The position numbers were made by a program, and so were the translations under genes. From Lama glama (Eukaryota): 64,000 nucleotides of DNA. A model generated the notes under the pieces. It worked only from the letters and a program-made list of their open reading frames with translations, was not told the origin of the DNA and searched no databases. The stretch covers positions 89,282,001-89,346,000 of the forward strand of contig CM052816.1 of assembly GCA_028534125.1 (NCBI GenBank). Reading direction: 5' to 3'. Shown here piece by piece: positions 39,830 to 53,711 of this stretch. The stretch's first letter is position 1; each line of letters begins with the position of its first letter.

Positions 39830-40685
39830 TGATAAAGAGATTTATATTTCTAACTGAATGGCACCTCTCTGAGCATCAGACTCCTATAGGTAGTATCAAT
39901 CTAATATATATGTTTGCAGGCTTTGCTGTCATCTCAAAAAGTAACCTGAAAAAGAAAACCCTCAGCCTCTCTCCTTATGTTGGTTCCTACGTGGTGTCCC
40001 TGTAGAACCCTCTTTTCAGTAATTACACCTCCAGCCACTCAAGTGTTGAAGCGGGACACCCGAGAATCATTGTTGACACCTCTTTCGTACTCACCTCTCG
40101 CTAAACCCCGTCTGTTAGTGAGTCCTGTCAGCTCCTCGTCGAAAATGGATCTCACATCTGTCTGGTTGTCTTCGTTTCGCCGCTCTCCGCTCTAATTTAT
40201 TTTGCCATCCTCTCTCACCTTAAATACTGAGGTAGCTTCCTAATTGGTGTCCCGTTACTCTCCTCGCACCATCTCAGCTCTTCCCTCTCCAGCAGCCAGA
40301 TTGATCCTTTATAAACAAGTACCTGGTCCCATCATTCTAGGGTTAAAATCCGTCTGTGGCTTCTAAGGGCATTTAGATTAAATTCTAAATCTGTAACGCA
40401 GACTCAGTGGCATGTGCTGGCCTCATTTATTGGTTCTTCTAGTTCTCTCAGCTACGCTTGCTTTTTATCTCCCTCTCATAGCACCTTCAGTTGTTCCTTT
40501 GTAGAACCTACCAAATTAGAATGCTTTAATTTTCATTTTAATTATTCATGTATTATTAGCTGGCTTCACCAACAGATTCTTAATTCCTTAAGTGCAGGTA
40601 TGATGTTTTTTGTTCACCGTGTACCTCCCAATAATCAGCAGATAGTCAAACATTGGCGTAGATAGTCTATAATCATTGAATAAGG
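39830..40685 (+). mobile_element. L2 3' region
   Basis: Pyrimidine-rich L2 motifs (agcttcctaattggtgtccc, ccagcagccagattgatccttt) ending cattgaataa. Confidence 0.7.
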
Positions 40686-41020
40686 GGAAAATTGAAGGAA
40701 GTAAAATTTTAGAATTTACACATTTAATAAACAGAAGAACCAGAGTTGAAGTATAGGCCTACTGGTTTCCACTGTTTCATCTCTTTTAGTGACTAGAAAA
40801 GTTTAAGATTAGTTCTTCGAAAAATTAGGGATATTTGTGGAGGAGAGTAAAGAAGATACAAAGCATAGCAGGGGTATTCTGTTCAGATATCCAGCCCGTG
40901 AAAACCCTGTAATAAAGTTGAAACCCAAAACAGTGCAATGTGCCTGGGGAGGTTGACATTTATGGTAGGTGTGTATGTTACATATGTAGAAGAGTTTTAA
41001 TAATAATGGTAATTTTATAT

Positions 41021-41300
41021 AATCATGTCAAATGCTATATCTGCACCTATTGAGATGATCATGTGATTTTTATTCTTCATTCTGTTAATGTGATGCATTT
41101 CACTAATTTGCATATGTTGAACCATCCTTGCTTCCCAAACTCTTCTTACAAAGCCAGCATCAACCTGACACCAATACCAGAGAGACTCCACAAACAAAGA
41201 AAGCTACAGTCCAATAGCCCTGATGAACATGGATGCAAAATCCCTCAACAAAATATTAGCAGTTGAATTCAGTAGCACATTAAAAGGATCATAGAACATG
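41021..41300. mobile_element. L1 ORF2 fragment with internal inversion
   Basis: 41021-41131 on minus encodes HHINRMKNKNHMIISIGADIAFD. 41132-41300 on plus encodes PNSSYKASINLTP and, after a frameshift, the PIALMNMDAK-like segment. Confidence 0.88.
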
Positions 41301-42124
41301 AGTATCACCTTTTTTGATAACAGTAAAAAGATGAGAACAACTATGAAGAATCTGAAAATTGATATATAGGTAAGAGAAGGGAACGATGTAAACTTCTTCC
41401 AAGTGAACATATGTGAAGATTGCAGAAAAAGCACACACTGGCTGGCCTTTTCCATTCCTTCAGCTGCTGAACTTAACGCTTTAGAATTAGTGCTTCCCAG
41501 TAGGACTGCTTTCATAGTTCTATCTATAGTTGTAAAGTAGTGACACTAGTAAAAATAATACTTACTACATATTTATATATGTGTGTCTATATACAAACGT
41601 GTATACAATTATACAATTGCATGTATTATATATACACACCATATTATATGTGTACATCTTTATATATATTTACTATACAACATATATTAATAACATACAC
41701 ATGTATATTCAATATATGCATTTATTATATTTATAACATTTCTTTATATATACATAAGATAGATAGTTTTCATTAAAGATTTTAACATTTCTCACAGACT
41801 TTAAATGAAACACATGTAACCCAAGTTTGTCTTCTCTCCCTCTCCTTCTATTAGCTTATTTTTGGTTCTCATGCTCTTGTAAAGTATATCTATTTTACAA
41901 AATTTAAAATATATATATACTTTGAAAAATTTTATTGTGTTTTGTATGTAAGAAGTAACAAAGTTGTTTTCCATTTTTTTTTATTGCCCCTTGGTCCTTT
42001 GCTTTCTAGTTGACTACCAGATTAACAACTTTCTAAGTGGTGTCTTAAATGACGACTGAGTAACATAAATGAACTGGAATTACAAGTGTTATATTATTAA
42101 TAATCACTAAAATTGCAGTATCTA

Positions 42125-42350
42125 ATATTCATTAAGTAATCACTGATGCTAGGCATTAGTGTAAATGTGTATATGCATCAACTCATATTCACCTCATTGC
42201 AACACTCTAAGGGAGGTAGTACTATTATTTTCAATTTATAGATAAAATAATTGAAATACAGTGAGCTAACTAACTGGCCCAAGATCATATCACCAGTAAT
42301 TAGAATAATCAGCATTTGCAGATATGGTCTGGGTTCGGAGTCCTAAGAGA
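42125..42350 (-). mobile_element. MIR
   Basis: actcat...cctcattgcaacactct...ggtagtactattatt...tttatagataaaataattga...taactggcccaagatcat. Confidence 0.75.
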
Positions 42351-45300
42351 TTAATACTTGTAAAGGCAATTGCTTTATGGCAATTAGGGGGCAAAATATT
42401 GTTTTAATGTTAGAGTAGTCCAGGGTGCTTCCTTAAACGCTTAAACTCTGAGTACAAAGAGGTGGAGAAGATGACAGACACGGTTCAGTTTTAGGTGCCC
42501 TTACTCTTGAATGCAAATTTGTTAACACTTTCACAGCTAGTCTCTGTCATTAGCTAAGCAGGGAAAAGGGAGCTAAAACCCCAGTTTGGGGAAGTAGGAA
42601 ATGTCATAGTGAATGCTGAGATACAAATATATTTTTAAAATCAGTTTCAAAGAATTTAGTTTTCCATTATTAAGAAGGTACAATTTTACCTTGTGACTAA
42701 AATATATTGAAAGTTAGAATCACTACTTTGAAGGAGCTACATGATCCTCAATTTATTCCACTGCATAATGTTGATATTTTGATTGTACAAAATTATACGT
42801 CTTTTGTCACTTAAGTACTGAACACCAACCTTGTCAGTGACAGAGCACTAACATATAATCTGGTAAGAATAAGTTTTGCTAAAGCCAATGCAAACAGTGA
42901 GGTAGAGGTGCTAAGTGTAAGTTTGAATGGAGATAAATTCCAATAAATTAACAACATCCATTTCATAGGCAAGTGAAAATGTGAAACTATACCCAGAATA
43001 CATTCTTAGATTAAAACGTTTGAAGAACAATACGCTCCACCATTTGCATGTATTTGTTTAAGTTCCTTTCTCATTAAGCACTTGAAATGAAGATTTTATT
43101 TTTTATCATGGAGAATTTAATGAGGTAAATTAATTAACTGACACAAAACTCAACAAATATTTTGCAAGAATGTATTCTCCCTTTTAATCTCAATTCATCT
43201 CAGTTGTGGCCTTCTTGAAAAGTCTGTGTGTCTCCAAAGTACACACATTCCAGCCTCTGCTACAGTTGCTTGGTTACCAGTCCTCAGCATCCAGAGAATA
43301 ACAGAGAATATTCGAGGATTTGAAAATAACTAAAAGTTTCCATTTTTCTGCTGCTTATTCCATACTCTCTTATAAACAAATGGATAAGCACAATCTAACA
43401 GTTTTTTTTTTTGATTGGCATTAGTTAATTGTAGTCAGTGAGTGGTAGAAATTCAAAAATACAGGGAACAAGGGAGAGATTCCACAAACTGGGAAATACT
43501 AATAGGTGGCTCACCCAATAAAAATAAATACTTTTCCCTGACATTCCTTGGGAAATAATTGTTTTATGTTGGTTTTAAATATAAGTTTAATGGAAATTAC
43601 TGCTGTTCATTGGCCATTTGTTAGAGGTGTCTTTGAATTCATTTAATTTGTCACTCTGCCTTGAAATTTTGTCTGATTTTTTTCTGTTTTACTTGCTTAC
43701 TCTCTCTTTCTCTCTCTCCATATTTTTTTTTAAGCCTCATGTCAGACTTTTATCTTTCTGACTTTGTTTCGTGGTCTTAGGTCCCTTCATTTTGCTTTGT
43801 CTCACTACATTTAGCTTTATTTCACTCAACGACATTATGCAGTGGTGTCATCGTTCAGGGATTTGTGAAAAGCACTTTTAAATAGTAATCAGAAGAAGAG
43901 CAGAAAGTTTACTGTTAAAAGAAAAATATCAATGAAATATGAATTAGTGCTAATCTACAGTGTTATAGAATGCATATATTTTTATTTTAAATGTTAATAA
44001 TATAATATATAGAAGTAATTGATGCCAATATTTTTGTATGTAATACATTGTTTTGATTTTCAACTATACTAAAATAACGGTCAGTGGTATCCTTTTAGAA
44101 GACATACATGATGTTTTCTCAAATATATAAAATCATTTATTCATATTTAAAACCTGAATGTTTTAAAACAATATTAGATTTATTGTAAGGATAAATTTGA
44201 AATAGTTTATAAAATATGGTTTTATTTCTGTTCTCTGGGAATGTACGTATTAGAATTTTGCTCTTTCCAGGGTCAATATTTGAAGAAAGATTTTGGCATT
44301 TTTGCATCTTGGGTAACCAGAGAGCATCATACGTTGTTAAAATGATGCAGCAATTTTGCCATATTGGGACTAAAAAGATTGCAGTGAAATTTTAAAACAA
44401 ATAAAAATAGCAGAGAGCCAACACATGTGGGTGGAGGAGTAGAGATTAACATAATGTGTGGTTTTTGATCCTTATACTTTTCAGAGGCTGTAATTTTCTC
44501 ATACATCAAAGATTCCTCTTGACAACCTTAGATTTTTTAACTATTTCTATCATTAGAAATTATAATACTCTATGGCTGCTGTTTCCTGGGTTATCCTGCC
44601 TTGTTAATTTTGTAAAATTTATAATCAAACACTATATGTTATCAACATGATACTTGTCACAATGTACATTTATACAAATATGCACTTTTCACTCCGTAGG
44701 TTTTTATTAAGCAAGGTATTTGTCCATCTTAGAAACTAAATTTGTTCTTCCTTTGTTTACTATTGCCTACTATGCAGATTATTCCAGAGAATACTAAAAA
44801 AATTCCAGAAATATTTGCCTCAAGATATAGTTTATATTTTATACACATAGACTTTTAAAAATCTATCATTAAATTATTAATTTAGATTTGATAAATATTG
44901 TTTCCTTCAGTATTTCACACATTTTTATTCTTTGTTTTAGCCTTTAACGTTGCTGTTTCTAATTATTCTGAGAGCTTATGCATTTAGAGATACAACTGTA
45001 GAAAAATAACTGAGAAAAACTTTAGCCTTGTGGTTCCATTTATATAATTTACTTTAGTCCCAGAATGTTTTTTTCCCTCATTATTTATTCCTTAAATGAA
45101 AAAAAGACTGCTTTTTGTATAAATTTAGATTTTTAGCATCAATTTTTATTAGTGACAATTAATTCTAGCTACTACTATGTAGCATATTTATTTTTAAAAA
45201 TTGCCCTGGATGTGACTGTAAGTCTCTGTGTGAGATAATAACATGCAAAAAATAATTAAAATTCTGCTGTTGAATAAATGTAGAGTTATTGAGAGCTTAT

Positions 45301-45568
45301 AACAGCAAGTTGCCCTCAGCAGTGTTCTGATATTTTCCAATGATCTCAACTGGTATTTACCCAAATCACAGTAAGTGGTAACAGACAGATATCCGTAATT
45401 TTGACAACTAATGAGCATAATACTCTTTTGCATTCCAAGGTTCACTTGAAAACAAATTTTGCAAGCACTGCCATGTGCCATCCTTATTTGGTATATACAA
45501 AAATAAAACATCTCTTCTCTTCTGGAGGCCTGCCCAAGATGAAAAGACCTTAGATTTGTGAAATGGGC

Positions 45569-45977
45569 TGTGCCAGAGACAGCTAGCTGCCCACAAAAAT
45601 TCTTGCTCTCCTCTATAGAGGTGCCCCCTCATGCCTACTTTTCCCAGTCCTACTCCCATTTATAACTATTTCACTCAAATGGAGTATGAATGGAAGGGAT
45701 TCATTCACGGCCCATCCCCGGCAAATGCACTCTTTCTCCTCTTGCCTGTGGGATGCTGAGGGTCCAGCAGAGGGCCCTGAGTCCCCAGGTCGTGTCAGAG
45801 CTGCAAGGTGGAAGGAGCTGGAATAGAATCTCCCCCCCCCCCCGTCTGTCCCCCCAACCACTACAACACAGAAGCCAGACTTTTTGTGAGCTGGAACTGT
45901 ACCTCTCTCATGGTAACCCACTGAGAGTCTAAGGTTAGTTCTAGCTGTAGCTTAGCCAGCCTATTACTAAATGTGCA
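45569..45977 (+). mobile_element. Old MaLR LTR (MLT1I-L like)
   Basis: tgtgccagagacagctagctgcc start; ctttctcctcttgcctg, ggaaggagctgga, tagcttagccagcctattactaa end. Confidence 0.6.
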
Positions 45978-47399
45978 CGGTATAGTTAAGTGAGATGCTA
46001 AGTGTCTATACAGAGTGCAGTGAGCACATGGGGGAATTAGAGTTCAAGTGTGTAATATTAGAAGCATTGGTGGGGGTGTTATTTTAGAACTGATAGGAGC
46101 TTATACTATGCTGTCCTCTTCTCCTCACTTGAATTTCATTTTAGGTTATTTTATTCTTCCTTCTTGTCTGTATAATCAAGGAGATTGATTGGAGATACAG
46201 ATCAATGTCTTGTAGAACTGGTTGACCAACACTGTTGTAGCAATCCCAAACCTCATTAACAAACCAGATAACATTACTTTCACTTTAATAGATTTGCTGC
46301 AAAATGTGTAGGTGCAGCAGTTAATTTCTCTAAAATCAAATACAAAGTAAACTAATGTATTATACAGCAATATGGGCCACTGAGACAAGCACTCAGTGCA
46401 TACTAAGGAGTCTGTCATGATGACATTTTTACATCAATGTGGAAACAGGAGGGCCATCTGAATTTAGAAATAATTGAAGGCTTAGTACATTATTTTTAGC
46501 ATGCTTTATTGATTTTTCTTTTTGTTTTCCTTAATTGATTTTTCTAGACTAATATATTCTTAAAAGTTTACCATGGATAGCTGGGACCAAAAGATTTTTT
46601 TCTTATTCTCTTTGTTGTGGTGGTGGTTGTTATACGAAAAATATACTATTTTGACCATCTATAAATGCTATGCATTTTTTCCTTTTGAGTTGATTCTAGT
46701 TCCTAATGTTTTAGAGAGAGTAGTGCTCTACTTATAAATGTGCCAAGTATCCATCCCATGCTTCACTGTACTTTACACTCCTTTTTGAAGTGCAAAAACA
46801 GAACTGAATGTTCATTATTACTGTTTCTCAACTTTACTGAAAAAAGATCACTGTATTTACATCAGATTATGTTAGTTATGTCATGATATATTTCAGTGTT
46901 TCAAATACATATTATTCCTTTTCATTTCTTAACTAATAAATATATTCATTTTAGGAACTGCATTGAAAAATGCAGGGAAAAAGTAAAGAATCATTTTAAA
47001 ATCACCTTTTGTACTATGTTTTGGAAATATTTCCCACTAACATTTTTCTGTGCCATTGTAGAGCTTTTTCTGTTCCTATATACATATTTGTGTTGAAAAA
47101 TAGGGTCATTCCTGTCCAAATCATTTCTAGTTTGCTTTTTTAAATTTGAAAACTTATATAATAATTTTCCATCAATAAGCATAATGATGCAATAGCAGTT
47201 TTAGTTGCTAGATAATATTCCACTTTCAAATATACCATAATTTATCTAACTAGTTATGTATTATTCAACATTTTGTTTCTTTTCAATAATTCATTATTAT
47301 ATAGAATATGGAAATGAACCTCACTGTATACCCAACATTGCAACCTGACTTTAGTTTAATTTTGTTTTCATTTGATACTTCTTATGTGGCAACGATTGT

Positions 47400-47610
47400 G
47401 TTATGGACCTGATACAACTGTCAATGATTTTGAGAGTATAGATTCAGGAGTCATGTCTCATATACATGAACAATTTACTAACTGTATGATTGGCAACTTA
47501 TTTAACTTTTTATTCATATTAATTTATCTTCATAATATGTAGTAGTATCAGTCTTTTAGGTGGCTTAAAATATTAAATGAGTTAGTTCAGATAAAGTGCT
47601 TTAAAGTCTT
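47400..47610 (+). mobile_element. MIR remnant
   Basis: atttactaactgtatgattggcaacttatttaactt...attaaatgagttagttcagataaagtgctt. Confidence 0.6.
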
Positions 47611-48144
47611 TTGGTCCATAAAAGTGTTGTTATTACTTTTTTTAAAATTAATGAAGTGAAAGAAAGGGTAATGAGAACTAATACATTGCAGTGAAAGTAC
47701 AGTGACTCAGTTGAGGCTGTTGACCAGAGAGAAGGCAGAAAATTAAGACACAAACAACACAACAGACTGGGGATTCCAGTTAGATCAGGAAACAATTTTA
47801 ATATCTGAAGTGAACGAGGCAGGTGGAAATACATATGGTTATTTTCAAAATTACAAAAAAGAAAAGGCTGTGGTGTCCTAGAGTGGAGGCAAGCATTTTT
47901 TTGTTTTATTAAACAATTCTGTAAGTCATTTTGTGAAAGTAAATTTGCTGGCTCAACAACTGTACATGGTTTGATGGTTTTTGGTACCTACTGCCAAGTG
48001 TATAAACCTTTAAGAATGGGTCAAGAATGTGCAACCTGTCCAAATTCAAACTGTGTATTTTTTTTTGTTGTTTTTCTTTATATACTGGCCATTTGTATGT
48101 ACATATATACATATATGTGTGTGTGTAAGTGTGTATATATATAT

Positions 48145-49080
48145 TTTGTGGTATAATTGACATATAAAGATGCAATATTTCTATATATTGTGAAATGATC
48201 ACCACAACATGTCTGGTTAACATCTGTCACCATACACAGTTGCTGTGTCCAATGCAGCTTGGGACCCTGTCTGAAGACGGGCAACACAAGACTTAAGAAA
48301 CAAAGAGACAGAGTAAAGAGCTAAGATGGGACCAGGGGACTCAAGATCTCGTGGATCCAGAGTCCTGAAAGCTGGTCAACATCATATTTATTAGAAGTAT
48401 ACAGCTCAGAAAAATTGAGATCAAAGAGGTGTGGCTTTAGATATTCAATGCGATAAGCCTCAAGTTTTGGCTTGCTGATTAACTGATTAATTTCAGGCCT
48501 TTCCCTTCCAGGAACACTCGCCCTCCTCAGGGTAGGCAAAAATTCTAAATCAATCCTGTTATTGCCTCCGGGACATCTCGAGATAGCAAAAATCTCCCCT
48601 GGGCTTAACAGCAGGCTTTCACGCCAGAACAAAGTTCTGTTAATGGATGATCTGGCTTTCCAGGACCCTCCATTGTTTCACCCTAAGGAAATATCTGCCC
48701 TCCTTCATGCCCTTATGGTCAATCTCAGGATTGCTCACCACAAATTTTCTTTAGCATAATACGTGCTGTAGGTCATCTAGTGTGTAAAACATTAGAACAA
48801 AGCAAGCACGTGCATTTTAAGCAAGCATGTGCATTTTAAGCAAGCAAGTGTGAATATAGTATTTTAAATTCATGGAAATTTAGGTGCGGCTTGTTTTCCA
48901 GCTGTTCATTTCCCAGCGGCTTGTTTTCCAGCAGCTTGTTTCCCAGCACACAGTTGCAATTTTTTTTTCTTGTGATGAGAACGTCTAAGACCTACTCACT
49001 TAGCAACTTTCAAATGTGAAATACAGTATTAACTATAGTCACCATGCTGTACATTAAATTCTTGTGATTTACTTATATTT
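48145..49080 (-). mobile_element. L1 3' end (L1MA9-like) split by an LTR
   Basis: tattgtgaaatgatcaccacaa...catctgtcaccatacacagt | ...ttcttgtgatgagaac...tagcaactttcaaat...tagtcaccatgctgtacatta is contiguous once the LTR is removed. Confidence 0.85.
48241..48948 (-). mobile_element. 708-bp solo LTR, probably ERV2 (betaretrovirus-like)
   Basis: Terminal inverted repeat TGCTG...CAGCA; perfect 6-bp TSD cacagt (48235-48240, 48949-48954); AATAAA on minus at 48387-48392; internal tandem repeats. Confidence 0.88.
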
Positions 49081-49629
49081 ATTCTTTCTGAATTGTCTAC
49101 CACTTTTCTATATGCTTGTGTCTCTTTTTTTAGAATTATTAAATATATATAAAATAAATCTACCATTTAGTGGTAAAATCTTTGGCTTTTGTGCCTGTTT
49201 ATTTTTTCAGTCTTTTAGTGATAGTTGTTGTTATTGATGTAAAGATATTTTAATAATTTGGGGCCACCATCAGTCTTTCCTTCTGTTGTTTTCTTTAGAG
49301 GCTATAGAATTACGCTAAAAAGACCAATTCCAAACCACCAATATTTCTTTTAATTCTTTAATATTTATATTTAAAGTTTTAATGCAGTGGGATTATTGTG
49401 GGTATAGTGTGAAGAATTTAATTTTTTTCCAAGGAAGGAATACTTAGTTATTTTGGCACCAATTTTAACCAATTACTTAGTACTTTTTCCCCCTACTGAT
49501 TTGAGATTTTATCTTCCTAGCTTAAATTTTCTCTCTCATATATATGTATACCTTTATTCCATTCCAGTAGACAGTTTTCCTTCTAGTTTTTCAAGAATCA
49601 AACATCACAGTGTTTTATCCATTTACTCA

Positions 49630-52335
49630 TAATTGCATCATGGTTTATATGTGATAATATTCACACACTTAAGAATAAACATCAGTGAATTTTGATGGAT
49701 GTTTACACCCTAACAACCACTTCCTTGATCAAATATGGCATCGCATTGTTCAGTACTGTAGCCACGAGTGTCTACTGAACAGCTGAAGTGCTGCTAGTTC
49801 AAACTGAAATCTGTAGTATAAAAATCAGATTTTGAAGACTTGGTATGAAAAAATACTGTAACATATCTAGTTAACATTTTTTAAAATTTTGATTACAGAA
49901 AGAAATTATAGTTTAGTATAGTAGTGATAACGAATTTATTGTTAAAATGAAGTTCACTGTTTCTTACACTCTTTAAATGTGACTGATAGAAGAAATTAAA
50001 TTCCATATGTAGCCTACATTGTATTTCATTTGGCCAACACTCTCCCCTGAAAACCACTGACCTGCTTTCTGTCACTACAGAATTTTTATTCTTTTTGCCT
50101 ATTCTAGAATTTCATATAAATGAAATAATTATGTGTATTCTCTGTTGTGTTGAGATCTTTTTGCTCAATTTATCATCAGTGTTTTCAGTTGCTAGCCCTG
50201 TTGTTACTTTTGTCTGTTTATGATGATATCATTTTTATCAGTTCAGCTGCTAATGAGCATTTGAGTTGATCCCAGTTTTGAGCTCATATGACTACAGCTG
50301 CTATGGCCGTACGTATATGAGTCTCTACAGACATGTGACTTTCCTTCCTTTGAGTAAAGGGAAATTTCTAGGTCGCATGGTAAATGTATGTCTAATTTTA
50401 TAACAAACTGTCAAACTATTTTCTAAAAGAGTTATACGTACTTCACATTCTCACAGTTACGTAAGCCAGTTCTCACTGTTCTGAAGCCTCACTTGGAAAT
50501 ACCTATCTCCTACGTTAGCTATTTTAACACATGTAAAGTGGTGTTTCATTGTGGTTTTAATTTCTCTGCTGACATCTTTTCAGGTACACACTGTGTACAC
50601 ATCTTCTATGAAGTGTCTATTCACATATTCTGCATTTTTTAGGAAGTTTGTTATTATTGAATTATAAGAATCCTTTACAGATTCTGGATATAAGATCTTT
50701 GTAAAAATGTGTACGTTAAAAATGTTTTCTCTTAGGATGAGGATTATATTTTCATTTTAATAATAGCATCTGAAGAGAAGTTTTTAAGTTTGAAAAATTT
50801 AATTCACATTCTATCTTCTTTTTTTTTGGTTCTTCTTAGAATTATTTGCTCATAAGATCCTCAAAATTTGCTTGTTTATTTTCTTTTAGATGGTTGATAT
50901 TTTAGCTTCTGTAAATCTATGATTCAGTTTCAACTGATTTTTTTTTACCAGGTTTTGTTCAATTTTTTTTCTGTACAGATCTCTAGTTGTTACACTATCA
51001 TTTGTTGAAGGAGTATCTTCTCTATTAACTTTGTCTAACTTAAGTGACCATATGTGTGTCTCTTTCTGAACTCTTTTTTTCTATTTCATTGACATATATT
51101 TGATTACTGTAGTTTAAGACTAGGTCTTGAAATCAGGTAGTCCTAATATTCAAGTGCCCCAGATTTGTTCTTTTCTTTTTCCCAAATGTTTTGGCTAATC
51201 AAGGTCTTCACATTTTCATGTGAAAATCAGAGATTTGAAATTTGTATTCATAAATATACACATTTGTATGCATATATATAGTATATAAGCATATAAATTA
51301 TTATTAAATTATATATACATATGAATTTGGAGAGCAAAGACATTTTGCCAATGTTGAGTCCTCAAATCTGTTAACATGGCATAATGCTTAATTTATTTGG
51401 ATATTCTGTAATTAATTTCTCTTGATAATATAGTTTTCAGTGTAGAGATCTTAACACATTTTTTAAATTTCTTTCTAATTACGTTTCTTTCTTGATACTT
51501 TTGTAAATAGTATTGTTTTGTTTGATATAATTTTATAAATTTTGGCTGAAAGATGGAAAATGCATTTTTTAAAATATTGATTATTATTGTTACTTTACTA
51601 AATGCACTTAAATTTGGTGATTTTTTGTAGATCTTTAGAATTTTCTAAGTAGGCTCTCATGTTCTCTGTGAAGACTGCCAGTGCAGTTTTGAATAGAAAT
51701 AATTAGAATTAATATTCTTGCCTTTTCCCTTAACCTAAAGAGAAAGCATTTAGTTCTTTATCATTTAGTATACTCTTAGCTGTGTGTTTTTTGCGGTAAC
51801 TCAGGGTCAAGATGAGATATTTGTTTCTTTTTATTTCTTGACAACTTTATTACATCTATATTGAATTTTTCAGATGCTTTTTCTGCATCTGTTGACTATT
51901 CATATGATTTTTGTTCTTTATTCACTTAATGGGATGATCTATGTTGATTGATTTTCAAATATTGAACTCACATCCCATTCTCGGATAAAACTATTTGGTC
52001 ATTGTGTGTTAGCCTTTTATTTAGTGCTGAATTTTTGTTGAGAATATTCATAGAAAATATTTGTCTACAATTTTCTTTCATTTAATATTTTTGTCAGATT
52101 TGGAAATCCAAATAATAATTGTACTTAGAAGTTGTGTATAATAATATTAATTCTTCTTTGAATGCATGAAAAAGTAAACAATGAAAACCTTTGTGCCTGG
52201 CATTTACATTGCATTAAGGATTTTGAATCCAAATCGATTTCTTTATTAAATATCTTTCTATTTCTTCTGGAAGCAAGCTTGATATATTGCTTCATATTTA
52301 ATTTAATTTAAGTTTTAAGTAGTGGTATAAAACTC
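49630..52335 (-). mobile_element. Ancient L1 (L1MD/ME-like) 3' region
   Basis: aaccactgacctgctttctgtcactacag...ttctagaatttcatataaatg and ORF2-like T-rich body. Confidence 0.75.
49738..50042 (-). mobile_element. MER33-like hAT element inside the L1
   Basis: ttgttcagtactgtagccac...cagattttgaagacttggtatgaaaaaa...catatgtagcctacattgtatttcatttggccaacact. Confidence 0.75.
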
Positions 52336-52359
52336 TTTATACCTTTTGTGTCTTTAAAA

Positions 52360-52822
52360 AAAATTTATTGAATTATAATTGACATACAAAAAGCTGTACA
52401 TCTTCAGCATATAAAATTGTCAGATTTTAGAAAGAAGTGTTCTCCTGTGAAACCGTTGCCAAAATCAGTGCTGTGAACATATCCACAAGCTCCAGAAGTT
52501 TCCTCCAGACCATTTTATGTATTTTCATGTGTATGGTAAGAGTATTAACATAAAACCTACCCTCGTAGCAAATCTTTAAGTATACAGTACAGTATTGTCA
52601 CCTACAGGCTCTGTGCTGTACAGCAGACCCTACAGGACTTATTCACCTTGAATAACTGAATCTTTGTACCCTTTGGCCAGTACCTCCCTGGGCCCCTCTC
52701 TCCCCAGCCCCTGCTAACCACCATTCTCCTCTCTGCTTCTATGAATTTGACAACTATAAATTTCTCATCTAAATGGGACCATGTAGTATTTGTTCTTCTG
52801 CATCTGGCTTATTTAACTTAGC
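52360..52822 (-). mobile_element. L1 3' end (L1MA/MB-like)
   Basis: tttattgaattataattgacatac...ccagcccctgctaaccaccattctcctctctgcttctatga...ctggcttatttaacttagc. Confidence 0.85.
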
Positions 52823-53260
52823 TGCAGTGACTTAGGGAATAAATAAAAGATGTGATTTGGATCAAAAAAAGGGGGCATATATGTGGAAAGAATGATATAT
52901 TTCACTTTCAACAGTTCAAGTTATTATCCATTAGAACAATAATTTTAGTAACTATACTGGGAAAGTCCAGGTAACATTTTATTCCTCACTTTTCCCTCCA
53001 TGAACTCTCAATTTCAGACATAGTGGCTGCTTCTTTATGTTTCTAAAAGAGTGTGCCTACTGCCATTTCAAAGTTCAATGTTTGGCCTAATTTCAATGTC
53101 TTTATTTAACTAGTCCAGTAATATAACAAATTTTAATTGAATACTCACTATATCAAGACAGTTTTAGAGTTTCAAGACTTTGGAAATAATCACCATTTAG
53201 TAAATGCCTGCTATGTCCTAGGCCAAGAGTTTAAATATATATATATATAAAATCAACATA

Positions 53261-53434
53261 AGTTGATATGGGTAACAAAATGTGTAATATATATAAAATC
53301 ATATATAAATCACATATATGTATCATCTATATAAAAATGTAAACATATAAAATAATATATAATCATATATGTGATACACATATATATGATTTATATATAA
53401 TTATATATTATATATTTTGTTACTCATATCAACT
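53261..53434. repeat. Imperfect long inverted repeat inside a MIR-like remnant
   Basis: Arms 53261-53325 and 53372-53434 are reverse complements with few mismatches. Confidence 0.85.
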
Positions 53435-53711
53435 CATTTTATTTTCATGAAAACATTCTGATCTCTATAATTCTGTATTTTATAGATGAAGAAAGCCACG
53501 TTAAAATATTTCTATTTCATTTAGTCACAAAATCTGTACGGGATGGTTACCATTTTGTGTTTCATTTTATACATTCTGATAGAAGCTGGAGATACAACAG
53601 TAAGAAAGATAAATATTCTCCCTGAGTTAATGGAGCTGTAAGTCAGACAATGAGTAAACAGGTGAAACAGCAATCCGAACAACAAATATAGACACACACA
53701 TGCATGCACAT

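Noticed and set aside
48321..48759. ORFs within the solo LTR (possible sag-like accessory gene)
   Set aside because: Short, non-ATG starts and no recognisable motif; cannot be supported without a search.
48800..48947. CRISPR-like repeats
   Set aside because: Head-to-tail tandem repeats without unique spacers, in a mammalian LTR.
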